A stretch of 64,000 bases of DNA from the human T2T-CHM13v2.0 reference genome, Homo sapiens, in the NCBI RefSeq assembly GCF_009914755.1, contig NC_060931.1. One strand, given 5' to 3'. This document shows positions 28,621-41,914 of the stretch, piece after piece (the first letter of the stretch is position 1; each line of letters begins with the position of its first letter). The position numbers and the translations under genes are program-made. The notes beneath the pieces were generated by a model. It saw nothing but the letters and a program-made list of their open reading frames with translations, was not told where the DNA came from and made no database searches.

Positions 28621-29104
28621 TCTTTGCCATGTACGAGTCCAGATGGACCTGCTGTCAGGGAGAGGTCACGCCTGCTCACCCAAGGCCTCTCCTCCCTTCA
28701 TGAATCCACTCTAGTCAGGTTTACTAGCAGCTTCTCCAAGGATCTCAACATTGCCAAATCCTATGGTTGCGTTTTAATTCCCCTCACATTCTGCTTGATA
28801 GGTGTGTTTGATATTGGCATCATTCCTTTTTCCTGGAACACTTTCTTCACTTAGTGTCTGCAGCAGCACTCTCTCCATTCTGGCCACTGTTCTTAATCTC
28901 CTTGGCTAGTCATTGGCCCAACCTCTAAACATTCACACGCACAGGGCTCAGTCCTGGATCTTTTCTCTGTGTCTGCATGCTCTTCCTATGTGAGTTCATC
29001 CAGCAAAATGTCTGGGTCTTGGCATATCCAAAAACATATTTATTTTGCCTTCACATTTGTATCATAGTTTCACCTACATAAATGCATTTTCCTCAAGCCA
29101 GTCC

Positions 29105-29327
29105 AAAGCATAGACCTTGGAATCAGGCTTTCTGAACTTGAATCCCTTTCCACCACTTACCAGCTATGTGTCTGTGGGCAAGTTATTTAACATCTTTGTA
29201 TCTAAACTTCCTTCCCTGAAAAAAAAAAGAGGCTAACAACTCATTGAGTTGTTAAGAAAATTCAGAGAAACATGTACAAAGAAGTTAGAAAAAAGACTGG
29301 GCTAAATATGTTAGCTATCGCTATTAT
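29105..29327 (+). mobile_element. MIR
   Basis: ccaccacttaccagctatgtgtctgtgggcaagttatttaacatctttgta is the MIR core. Confidence 0.8.
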
Positions 29328-29897
29328 TTGAAGACATTATGCTTTAAAATAGCTGGTTCTATTCTGTGCATTGCTACTTTTTAAGTAACCTTTCCAAGAT
29401 TTTCTACTTGGAAAGATTTCAGCATTCTTTCTTGAAACATAGACATTTCACTAGGATGGCTCCAAGTGTGAATATTTTTTCTCCCAAAACATTTCACCTG
29501 GGCATTTGATAAGCCTTTGGATCTAAAAGCCTGTCTTTCCTTGGTTCTTGAAATGTTTTAACAATCAATTCTTTGAATTTTGTTTGTTCTCTACCCCTAT
29601 GGTTCTTCCTACAGAACTCCTATTATGTAGATATTGAAGCTTCTCGATAGATGTTCCATGCCACTTATCTCACTTTTCTCATGAAGTTTCCTCTCTTTTT
29701 CCTTTTACACTGTTTTTGAATACCTTTCAGCTTAATCATCCAGATCACCAACATGTAAGTACTGCCTTTGAATTATATTCTTTTGGAAATTTTACTTACG
29801 ATTTCTTAAATAATTTAGGTTGCTTTTTGCATATTACTCTGCTCATTCATTATACAGAAAAACATTCATATTTTCATTAAAGCCTCTGCTTTTCTGT

Positions 29898-30187
29898 TGT
29901 CAAAAATGTACCCGATAATTAAGGAGATGACTTGATTAAGACTACTATAATAGAGAAAAGGTTCATTAATAAGGAATCTCTCAGAATAAAAGAAAGAAGA
30001 TCTAGGATTTTGTGGAGACAGATAAATGAGTGAGTCTTGAGAAATGATGAAGGCAGGGCTTATGTCAAAATATAGAGTGGTCTTTTTAGGTTAGCCATCT
30101 CTCAGAACACAAGAGGGTGGGAAAATTTCTTAACTTTTGCTGCTGCTTTCCAGGAGCAAAGAACTTAGATAACATTGAACACTCTCA
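29898..30187. mobile_element. Probable old ERV1-type LTR fragment, family uncertain
   Basis: Interrupts L1-like sequence. The segment ttagccatctctcagaacacaagagggtgggaaaatttcttaac...gaacactctca resembles old LTR ends. Confidence 0.35.
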
Positions 30188-32338
30188 ACCACACTCATTT
30201 TGGTTTTTTGTTTATTTCATCTGATAGTTGAGTTTGGTAGCTTCCTTTCACACAAGTGAGTTACCATACATTTATGATAATTCTTTCATCTATGTCCACT
30301 GTGTGCACGTGTGTAAAATGAGAAAATGCTTATAACATCATACCTTTCAGCTATTTTCATCAGTCACACAAATCATCATAGATGCTGCCACACTTTCCAA
30401 CACAAATAATATGTCTGGCCAGCATTGATATTTTCATCAGTGTCTTCATTTCTTAACTTTGTCACAGTTTCTCTTGCTGAGCCCATTCCAGTGTTTCTGT
30501 GACAGGTTCCAGTGTTGAAAGCACTGCCAAGCTAGCAGCTCAGTGGATCATAGAAATTATGAGATCCTTCTCTTCCTGTTCCTTTTAATTTGAGTGGTCG
30601 TATGTTGTTAGTGAAGTGGAATAGAAATAGAACTTTCCAGATGTCTTTTTAAAAATGCATTAAAACACCATACACAGGACCCCATTAGTACTGTTCATCA
30701 AGCAGGTTGAAGGAGCTCAATTGCATAAATAATAGTCTTAAACTGGTTTCCAGCTTATTTTAGTATTCAAATAACGACACTCAAAGATTTCAGGGAGTCA
30801 TCCTGCCTAATTGCCTCCACCCTATCTAGTATCTGAAGGATAGAGACTGTAGACTTCTATTAATCTCACAGCAGTTCTAAAGGTTGGACTTGTTTAAAAC
30901 CATGATGACCAGGAGCACATTATAGGTTTATATTTACAGGTGGGCATCCCAATAATTAGTTTCTTGGAAGTGAGTTAGGGAAATTACACTGCTTCTAACA
31001 GATGAAGAGTCCACCTGGGAGCCTCCAGGATCAGAATACCCATATTGATTTTTTTTTGGTTGTGGCAATTTAATACTGCTGTTAAAAACAACTTTCAAAC
31101 CCAGATGAAATGCACAGAGAAAAACTTGTCTGAGGGCATTGGAGAGATATTGAACCTGCCAGCACCTAAAAGTACAAAATTCCAGAACACGGACCTTCCA
31201 GAGAGGTAAGCCAGCATTCCTTCAGGGCATTTGCCAATTCCAGGCCCAGTTAAAAAAAACTGAGATCCAAAAATAAGGACAAGAACCAGAGAAACCTGAA
31301 AAATGGTTACAGTGTTGCAGAGCTAGAGGGAGGGGTTAGGAAAAAACATTGGAGAAGGCAGGATTCTAGAAAGAAAGAGGAAGGTCAGAGAACTCAACAC
31401 TTCACCCACTCCACAATCTCATTCTCATGTCTGAAGCTGCTTGTTACAGAAGACCAAGAAGTTAAAGAAACAACCTGACATTCTTGAGAACTAAGGAAAA
31501 TAGGATTAGCATAATTCAGGATCACCTGAGGGAGATAAACTCCAGAAATGGGAGAAAATTAGAGAGTGATAGAGTGCTATAAAACCTTGCATTAACTCAG
31601 GCTTGAATTGGATTAGGGTAGTTAACTCCATTGTATCTGTAGAAAGAAAACACTTTATAAATCTCTACAATTTTTCTAATATAATGCACAGCATTTAGAA
31701 TACAAATCACTCCAATAAATAGGATCAAAGGATCAAAAAAGAAGTATAAAAAACAATTTCAGAGAAACAATTTCAGAAGTGGTCTAGTTTGTTATTGGAG
31801 TTTTGAACAAAGATTTTTTAAAAGATATGTATAATACATTCAGAAAATAGAAGAAAAGATTTTTAATTTCTTTAAAAATATACAGCTAACAATCTAATGG
31901 AGGAGTAATGTTGCACAAAATATCTCCTGATGAATCTAATAGAAGAAAAGAAAAATGAAAAAAAGACAAATGGTTCAAATATAAAATAAATATAAGCTGA
32001 TAAAAAGACAAATATATCAGTAATTATATTAAATGAAATGCCCTAAATAGTTTAATTAGAAGACTAATAATGTCATGCTAGATTATTTTCATAACAATGC
32101 ACTGCTTCCAAGAAACATACTTTATAAGATTAAAAATTATAAAAGTTTAAGTAAAGATTATAAAATTTAAGTAAGTTTCAAGTAAAGACAAAACTATACC
32201 ATGCAAGAACTAACCAAAAGAAAGCACACGATGCTTTGCTACTGCTAGTAAATAGATATTTTAATGATGAGTCCATGCACAAGGGAGATATTATAATTCT
32301 AAACTGATATTAACCCAAAAAGCATATATGCCTTAATA

Positions 32339-32407
32339 TACACACACACAGAGAGAGAGAGAGAAGAGAGAGAGAGAGAAAGACAGAGAGAAAGAGAGAG
32401 AGAGAGA
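32339..32407. repeat. (CA)n(GA)n compound microsatellite
   Basis: Directly visible. Confidence 0.9.
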
Positions 32408-35167
32408 ATATGTAAAACTAGTAGAATGCAGCTAAACATTTGTTTAGGAAAAGTTTATTTTTAAATACAATATGAGAAATTAAAGAAAGTTAGAAATCAA
32501 TTATCAAACTCTGTATCTCAAAAACTTAGAAAACAGCAGTAAATTCAATCCAAAGAAAATACAAGGAAGGAAATTATGTGTAAGTTTTTTGTTTTAAAAA
32601 AAGAAAACACATAATATAAAAAAATCCAGAAAACCAAACCTGGTTTTTTCATAAGACTAATAAAATGTATAGGCTTATATAACAAAACTGAATTATTTAA
32701 AAGCATAAATTATCAACAGCAAGAGTAAAAAACAAAACATCATTAGAGATCCATTGACATTATACAATTAATAAGAGACTATTATGAACATTATTAGAGC
32801 AAACACAATTTACAAAACCTGAAATTGGAAGGAATGAAAATATAAATAGGCATCTTTATTTTAAAGTAATTAAATTTGTAATTAAAGACCTATTCATCTC
32901 ATGAAGAAATATATAGGCCCAGATGACCTCATTGATCCATTCTTTCAAGCATTAAAATTTCAAAAAAATACACAAACTTTTATGACAATGAAAATGAGGG
33001 CAGTTCAGCATTCTGTGAGGTTGGAACAAACTTGACACAAGAGATTATCAAGGACATAACAGAAAAATTATAGATCAATTTTTGTTATGAACACAGAAGC
33101 AAAAATATATGTATATAACATTGGAAATCAAATTTAGCAATATAAATATAAGATAATACATCATGACCAAGTTGAGTTTATTCCAGGAATACAAGGTCAG
33201 CCAATAGTTGGAATTCAGTTTATTTCCACATGAAAAGTAAATTTTTTTAAAAAAAAGAAAAAATACACAATTATTTCAATATATGTAGTAATATTTTTAA
33301 CATCCATTTATCACTAAAACAAAAACTCTTTGCAAACTGGAACTAAAAGTTGTCCCTTAGTTTGATAAAAATATTTTTAAAATGTCTGCACAAATATACT
33401 GAATGGTGAAATAGTGAAAGCTTCCCCCTGGAATTAGGAACAATTTAAGGAGGCTCACTATGACTGCTTCTATTCTATTATGCAGGAAATTGTAGCCAAT
33501 GCAATAAGACAAAGAAATAGCAGATGTTGCTTACAAAGAAGGAATTAAGTTATCACTATTTGCAGAGATTATGACAGTACATATACAAAATTCAAAAGAC
33601 ACTGAAAATAGGCAATTAAAATTAAATGTAACTAGGTGGCTGGACACAAGATCAACACACAAAAATTAATCAATAAATCAATGTATTTATATATACATTA
33701 GTGACAAACATAAGGAAAAGTTTTCTTCTAGATATCAATTTTAGTAATAGGAAAACACCAGAAATATCTAATGCAAATTTATCTTTAAGTATAAGACTAT
33801 TACTTTAAAATTACAAGACAGTATTAAAAGAAACTTAAAAAAAAAAACTAAGTAAATGAAAGGATATACCAAATTCATGTTTGAAAGGCGGGTGGCAAGA
33901 GTGGCCTGGGCTGGGATGCACCAAGAATATTGTAAACATATGCTTTGCCCCAACTTATCTATTAATTCAACTTAATTTTAATTACAATCCCAGCAGGTAG
34001 TTTTTGTTGAAGTTGGCAAGCAGATTCTTAAACTTATATGAAAAAAAAAAAAAGAGCCAAGACCACCTAAGACCAATGTGTGGAAGAATAAAAGTGGATA
34101 TTTTCTAATGCCATATACTGAAACATCCTAAGGTAACTAGAGTTGACAAATCCATACTAAATTATACATTGTACTATTGGTGCATTTATAAACAAAAAGA
34201 CCAATGAAACAGAACAAGGACCCCAAGAACAGAACTTGTATATACATGGTCACTAGATTTATAGCAAAGTGACCCTTCAGTGTAATGGGAAATGACTTTT
34301 TAAAAAATGTAACTAGGTGTACTAGATATTAATAGGAAAGAAACGAATCTTGATCCTTCATATCACATGCATAATAAAAACAACAAAGAAAATTTAGGTC
34401 TTCAGGTGAAATATTTAAAAATATAAAGTTTTACAAGGAACAAAGATAATATTTTCATATCATTAGAGTAGGCATATATTTTTCAAACAATGCACAAAAA
34501 GCACTTAACAGAGATGAAAATCTTGACAAATTATATTAGACTAAATTTAAGAGCACTCGTTTATCAAAAAAGCACCATTAAGAGAGCAAATCAGAGTGGG
34601 CAAGATCTTTGTAATACACATATCTAACCAAGGACTCATATCCATAATATGCACAAAATATCTACAAAAGAGTAAGAAAAGGAAATCTAGTAGAAAAGTG
34701 GCAAAAGATTTGAACAGATTTTCACAAAAATGGATATCCATATGAATAATAAACCTAAAAAAAGGTTCAACTTCATTAGTAGTCATTAATAGCCACTAGA
34801 CAACCATTAGAATGGTTAAAATGAAAAATGCAGATAATACCAAGTGCTGACAAGGATGTGCAGTGACTAGCATGCTTGTGCGCTCCTTGTAGGAGTGTGT
34901 ATTGATGCAACCTCTTTGAACAGCAATTTGGTCACAGCCTCTACACCAAGCATGTGCAAATCCTGTTATCCAGTGGTTTCTCTTCTAGCTGTGTTCTCAA
35001 CAAAATGCAGGTAGCAGTTATTTAAAAGGCCTGCACAAGAATGTTCATAGTGACACCATTTATAAAAGACCGAAATTTGAAATATCCTAAATGTTCAATG
35101 GCAATGGGATGAATAAAAGGGGATTGGAATATTCATTCAATAGAATTCTATAACAGAAATACTATAA

Positions 35168-35367
35168 TAGACCATCTATGTCCTGTAGGCCAAATCTGGC
35201 CCACAGCTTATTTTGGTATGGGCCCCAAGCTAAGAATGTTTTTTTAACATTTTTAAAGATTTGTTTAAAAAATACATCTTAATAAGACATTCGACAGAGA
35301 CTGCACATGGCCTAAAGAGTCTAAAATATTTGCCACCTGACACTTTACAGAGTTTTGTCAACCCCTA
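35168..35367. mobile_element. MER58C-like hAT MITE inserted in L1
   Basis: ggccaaatctggccca...gctaagaatg...cgacagagactgcacatggcc...aaatatttgccacctgacactttacag...caacccct. Confidence 0.8.
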
Positions 35368-36596
35368 CACAACACTGACATTGAATGAAATATTGCTGTA
35401 TACTCTAATCTAAATGAATCTCACTGACTTCATATTGAGGAAAGAAACTAATGACAAAGGTACGTACTATATTATATACTCCATTTATATGTGTTTCAAA
35501 AGCAGGAGAGACTAATCTAGGAGAGCAGATGGTTGTAACAAAGGCTAGCTGTGTGGATAAATCCTGGCTGGGAGGAGGTGCAATGTGGCCTCTGAAGTGA
35601 AATGCCCTGATTTTCCATCTGAAGATGGTTACATGGGTGTGTTTCCTACGTGGGAATTCAATGAGATCCACAATTGGTTTGTGGACTTTTTGGAGGCCGT
35701 TTTAATTAAATCAAAATTTAAAGTAGCCTCCTAGACAAATAATGGAGCCTCAATGTCAGAATGTGGGAAATTCAGGGAGCTGCCCACAGTTACCCCCGTC
35801 ACCTGCCTAGCACCCCCTCCTCCAAGTGCTGCCTTCTGAATGTCAGGTTTTTCTGCAGAAGCACACTTTCTTGGAAACCCATCTTCCTGAAGATCTATTT
35901 TTGTCTACATAGGATTGCAGGTTCTTTGGTTCCTTTAGGCTTCACGATTAATTTTGTTGCATTTGATTTACACTTTTCAAAAATTCTTCTTTGTTATAGT
36001 TTTCCATCGGCTCTCATATGTACTTTACAACTTTTATATTTTTCTCTTCTTAGTCTTTATTTTGATAAAACGATTTTCAATCTTTTGTCATCAAGTAAAA
36101 GATCTGATATCATTTGAAATACAGTTATATTTAAAATATATATATCTTGTGGTAAGTAGTACTTTATGCTTCACGATTGTTTTATATATATCATGACTCA
36201 GAATTCAAATAGAAGAGTAAATATTTAAGGATTGCCAAAGCAGTTTTGAAAAAAGCAAACTGAAGTATGTGTGAATGCTGAGAAATAAGGCTCAGACTAG
36301 CATAAAGCAAAACATGTTAAAAAGTTATTGTAATAAAAACAGTATGTCTGTGGTACAAGTACAGGCAAGTAGAAGAATCAAACAGAGTAAGAGTTCTGGA
36401 TGAATTAAAGGCAAGAGGTGGGAGGACGATTATTAATGTGTTAAGAAAATTGGCTCATCCATTTGAAAAGGGAAGTTTTCCTTAAATATAATTCCAAAAG
36501 CCAAAGTGTTAAATTTTTTAAAAAAAAACAAAGTAAATAAACTTAGTAACACAAAAATACACCATCTATAAAGTAAAATACACCAAATAGACTGGA

Positions 36597-36894
36597 GGCT
36601 GAGCACAAAGGCTCATCCTGTAATCCCAGCACTTTGGGAAGCCAAAGCGGGTGGATCACTCGAGGTCAGGAGTTCGAGATCAGCCAGGCCAACATGGTGA
36701 AACCTCATCTCTACTAAAAAAAAATATAAAAATTAGCCAGGCATGGTGGTGCATGCCTGCAATCCCAGCTACTTGGGAGGCTGAGGCAGGCAAATCACTT
36801 TAACCCAGGAGGCGGAGGTTGCAGTGAGCTGAGATCGCACCACTGCACTCCAGCATGGGTGACAGAGCAAGACTCTATCTCAAAAAAAAAAAAA
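36597..36894 (+). mobile_element. AluSx/Sz-like
   Basis: Full dimer with poly-A. TSD caaatagactgga at 36584-36596 and 36897-36909. Confidence 0.95.
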
Positions 36895-37828
36895 GACAAA
36901 TAGACTGGAAAGAAACTCACAACATAAATACACATATATATGCATATACATATAAATCAGAAAAGACGTGCTAAGAATATACAAAGAGATGTCAAAAAAT
37001 CAAATAAGATCCCACATTTCTCTCCTCATGTGCTGCAGTCTAAACTCCATGGGATACATAAGTCCCTATCTTTGGCCCTTTCTTCCCTCTCTCCCATTCC
37101 TAAAACTCTTCCAGTGTTCCCTGTGTAATACAGTTTGCACAGTCCCCCATATCATCATCCTGTTTTCTCAATGTTGCGTTCACCCTCTTGATCTAATAGA
37201 ATCTTATCCCTTCCCTGCTTTACCTTTCAAACATTGGCTGTCTGTTTTTGTTTTCTTTTCTATGACCTTCATGTTGCTAAACCTGTAGGTAAAATAAGTG
37301 CCTTTCTTGATTTTTTTTCCTTTCATTACAGACTGCTTTTCCTTTGTGCTCCAAAAACAAGACATAACAAACCAAATCAAAACAAAACACAGTTTTGGAT
37401 ATAATGTTATCAGATTAAATCACCTCTACCTCTTCACTGTGGCTTTTCCCTGCTGGTTCCAACGGCATCCCCTTCATTTCCCTGGATCACTAGGCCTATT
37501 TAACTCTTCGTGATTTCAATATTCAATGCTCAGGACTCAGTTCCTTGTCCTTCTCTCCTCCAGTGAGTTTTCTCCCTTTGCTGCCTCAGCCATCCCCCCA
37601 TGATCTTACCCTAGCTCTTTCCATCACTGTAACCCTCCTTAGCTTTAATTTAATGCATCCCACTATGCACCCCACCTCCTATTTTTAAAATATTTCTTCC
37701 AGTACCTTGAACTCAACAATCTTTCAACCTCATGGGAACTTTTATTCTACTGATTCTACCAACATTTTTGTCAGGCAATTACTCCTTAATGGTCTCACTC
37801 CACTTTCTACCCAACTTAAATTCTATAG

Positions 37829-38163
37829 TAGGGGTCCCTGACCCTGGGGCTGCTGACTGGGACTGGTCTGTGGCCTGTTAGTAACTGGGCCACACAGCAG
37901 GAGGTGAGCAGCTGCCGGAGAGCACTACTGACTGAGCTCCACCTCCTGTCAGATCAGTGGGGCATTAGATTCTCACAGGAGCATGATCCCTATTGTGAAT
38001 TGCACAGGCCAGGGATCTAGGTTGCATGCTCCTGATGAGAATTTAATGCCTGGTGATCCAAGGTGGAACAGTTTCATCTTGAAACCATCCCTGACCCCTG
38101 GTTCATGGAAAAATTATCTTCCACGGAACTGGTCCGTGGTGCCAAAGACGTTGGGAATCGCTG
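37829..38163 (+). mobile_element. MER1B (hAT-Charlie MITE)
   Basis: taggggtccc...gggaatcgctg with a perfect 8-bp TSD ttctatag (37821-37828, 38164-38171), the TSD length typical of hAT elements. Confidence 0.93.
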
Positions 38164-38179
38164 TTCTATAGGCAATTGT

Positions 38180-39270
38180 TAAAATCACTCTTTTTCATAA
38201 TCGCTTGACAAAACTACAACCCTGGCTCACTCTGTTTCTGGGACCACCCCTCACTTGAGCCTGTGTGCTGAATGAGGCTGGAGGAGAGACAACCAAAACT
38301 AAGCAGATGTGCACTAGCTCATGACCGTCAACCTCAATTTTCATACATCTTCTATCTATGCCTTCTCTCTGTCTTATACATCTATTTTACACTTTCTCCT
38401 CTCCCCTGAAATTTTCAACAGCTTCATCCCCCTTCTCACTCTAATGTTTCCTGTTGAGAAAATTTAAGGAATCTTAAAAGAATTTCCACAAGCCTCATTT
38501 TCACATCTACGGCCTACAGGTACCTCCACCTACATACGCTGCCCTTTTGCCTGTTACTGCAGAACCACCCACGTTTCTGTCTAAAGCTAATCCCTCCCAG
38601 TGGCCATGAGGTCTCCTCTTCATCAGTAAAAAAATCTTTATCGAATCATTCTGTCAGTACACACATATGTTTTTATGTCTCCTTTTAAAAAAATAAAATA
38701 AAATAAAAATTAAAAACACTTCTCTTAATTTCCAAACCAGTTTTTCTCTCTCATCCTCTTAAACACACTCTGATATGTCCTTTAACTCGTCACTCCACCA
38801 AAACTTCTTTTGTATAGTTTATAAATGACTTCTATGTTGCTAAATCTACTGTCAATTCAAAGACATCATTGAAGTTGATCTATCAACAGCATTCTACACA
38901 ATTTATTTCTTCCTCCTCCTTAATACATTTTCTTCACTTGTCCTCCAAGATCCCACACTTGCCCAGTTTTTCCTACCGCCCAGGTTCTTCTGCTATTCAC
39001 TTTCTTCCACAGCCCCTTCCTCTTCACCCTGAACTCTTCATGTTGCCCCACCCCAGACTCGGTCTTTGTTCTTCACTTACCAGTCTACACACACATCCTT
39101 GGCAGTCTCTTCAACCCTCAGAACTTTATACAGTTTCTCTGTGCCAAATTCCTATCTACAGTCCTGCTCCTGCACTCCCTCCCAAATTCCGGATATATTT
39201 AACATGTACTCGACTTATTTGCAGGTTTTATAGACATTCCAAACCAAATATTTCTGTTACAAAATTATAA
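38180..39270 (+). mobile_element. L2 ORF2 (RT) remnant
   Basis: ~38874-38976 translates as VDLSTAFYTIYFFLLLNTFSSLVLQDPTLAQFSY, matching the L2 RT motif [35 protein letters not shown]. Confidence 0.8.
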
Positions 39271-39600
39271 CTGCTATGAAAAAAAAAGGATTAGAGTCAG
39301 GAGGACCTGGAGTGAGATGTGGGGTGCTGGTGGAGATGTGTTACTGTGTTGATTAGGGGTATGGCAGTTAACACTCACGAGCCAGTGATGGATTCTTCAA
39401 GCAGATTCTGTTCTATTCACCAAAAATACAGCGGTAGAAAGAAGAGGCAAAAACTCTCACCTTCTCAGAATTTACATTCTAGGCCAAAATTTATTTTCAA
39501 GTTATATAAAGAATTACTTACAAAATTGATAATAAAATATAAATTGCAGGCAAGAAATAATGGATAATTAAGTATGCTTATTAAATTAAAGATAAATGAG

Positions 39601-39904
39601 GGTTTTTTTGGGTGGTTTTTTTTGAGACTGAGTTTGCTTTGTTACCCAGGCTGGAGTGCAGTGGCGTGATCTCCGCTCTCTGCCACTTCTGCCTCCCAGG
39701 TTCAAGTGATTCTTGTGCCTCAGCCTCCTGAATAGCTGGGATTGCAGGTGTGCACCACTATGCTTGGCTAATGTTTGTATTTTTAGTAGAGACAGGGTTT
39801 CACCATGTTGGCCAGGTTGGTCTCAAACTCCTGACCTCAAGTGATCCACCTGCCTTGGCCTCCCAAAGTGCTGGGATTACAGGCGTGAGCCACTGCACCC
39901 AGCC
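39601..39904 (-). mobile_element. AluSx/Sz-like
   Basis: Antisense dimer. TSD ataaatgag at 39592-39600 and 39905-39913. Confidence 0.95.
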
Positions 39905-41914
39905 ATAAATGAGTTTTTGAAGATACTATTTTAAGAAAAAAAAAAAAAGGACTTTTCAGCAGACTTCTGCAGAGTTTATATTTGTTGCATTAAGAAAGAT
40001 TGGTGCAATTTGATGCTATCTTAGAGAACTCAACCCCTAAATCTGTAGTATTAATATTAGGAATAAATATGTTTGTGGAAAATGAGCACTTGTTGCTGAA
40101 ATATTCCTGCTGGTAGGAGCAGAGGCAAAGCCAGACAGGAGCTCCAAGCCCTGGGCACAGGGTAGGGTGCCTGCCACATGCTCTGGGTCTGTGTGGTCCA
40201 CCTTGACCTGAGCAAGTGACTGTAGTAGACCCTGGGCAAGTCCAAACCACCATGGTCCAAAAGGAGGCACAGCCAACCGATATCCATACAATAGGAGGAC
40301 ACTGAGAACCCGAAGGGGTCCTGCCAAGAATCCAAGAGCTCCTGGAGATGGGGAGGGGATGGAGACCAGGGATTGTTCTTATTACAGCCTGTGTACTGTG
40401 ACAAAGAGAAAAACTCCAGAGCAGAGCTACTGAGAGTTTAACCATATAAGCCCTTGTCTGTGGGTTAGAAAATACTGGCATGAACTAGCTCTCCCTCTAT
40501 GGTCACACCAAATACAGCTGTAAATATCTTCTTATCTATCTCACTATATCATTACAAGAAGAAAACTCCAATATAGTGTTTACCTCTGAATGATGGGTTA
40601 TTGGGGATTATTTTTATTTTCTTATTTAATGGCTTCTGAATATATCAAATTTCCTATTGCAGGTAAATAGTAGTATGTACTCTATTATAATCACAGAAAT
40701 AAATTTTATTTTTAAATAGCAATAATGCCCTCTTAATTTTTTCCCTAGAATCAAAATCAAGTTCATCAACATTTTTCCCAAAATCAATCTTTAAAAAAAA
40801 TTCCCATATGAATGAATACCTATATCTTCACATTTTATCTATGATAATTAGTAATTAATTACAGATCATACTCAAATTTATTGTAGAGAGAGGTAATTGA
40901 AAAATATAAGTAAATATCATTAAAAAAGATTTTTTTAATATTTTAAAAAACATCTTTTTTAGTTTTCTTATCTGTCTTCATTCTAGTTATAGTCCATTTA
41001 TGACCTTTTTTATTTTAAGCTTACTCTACAGGGAAGGGAGCAAAATACAAGTTGAATATCATGCTTTCTATTTTTGTAGGACATTATCAATTCATACTCA
41101 GATTAAAACTAAAAGGAGATTTTTATTCCCTTTAATTTATTTTCTCAAGCCTTAATTTATCCTGAGGCTTGATTTTCCTGATACTATTATTATAGGTCAG
41201 CCCCATTCTTTTGAAAATAGATAAGGATGACTGTACTATTCCACAGAGTTAAAATTACATTATATACTTATTTTGTTTCAAAATTTTAACAAGAAGACTA
41301 AATCAAGTGTTTATGAGTAGTCTATAATTACACCCAGATACCAATTGTTTGTCCAGCAGTTAAATGCACTTCTAATTAGATATGGAGAAAACTGAAAATA
41401 CACACCAATCTTTTTTGCATTTACTGAAATTTTCTTCTTTTTATTCAGAACACATCGTTGTTCTGCAAATGAGCATCCATCTGTTATGGTGGGAAGAAAA
41501 TGTAATCCTTTGCTCTTTAGTTCCTATGTTCCCATTAGGCCATACAAGGTAAGGAAATGAGTTCTAGGCTATACTTTTGATTTATTGCAGAACTGAACAC
41601 ACTTACATAGAGAAAAGTGCTATTTTAATTTTACACCAATAAACACACATACATATGTCTAACCTTTAGATGTAGTCATAAAAATGACTGAGGACTCTGG
41701 AAATAGAGTGAAAACATATAAAAGTTTCACTTTTAATACTGTTGCTCAGAGCTGTATTGTGCAAAATTAAAGAAAAATTTCTAATATTTTTTAAACTTCA
41801 CATTCTTAAATTTAGCCTTCCAAAAGTATTTACATATTATATTGTATTATGTTTTCTCCATTACTGTACATTCATACTTATCACATTGGAACAATATGAA
41901 TATGTTCAAAAGAT

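Larger units (their letters stand above)
31080..35710 (+). mobile_element. Long decayed L1M/L1ME remnant (ORF2 to 3' UTR)
   Basis: A-rich sense L1 motifs: ggcccagatgacctca, catcatgaccaagttgagtttattccaggaatacaagg, actatttgcagagattatga, ccaagtgctgacaaggatgtg. Many stop codons. Confidence 0.85.
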
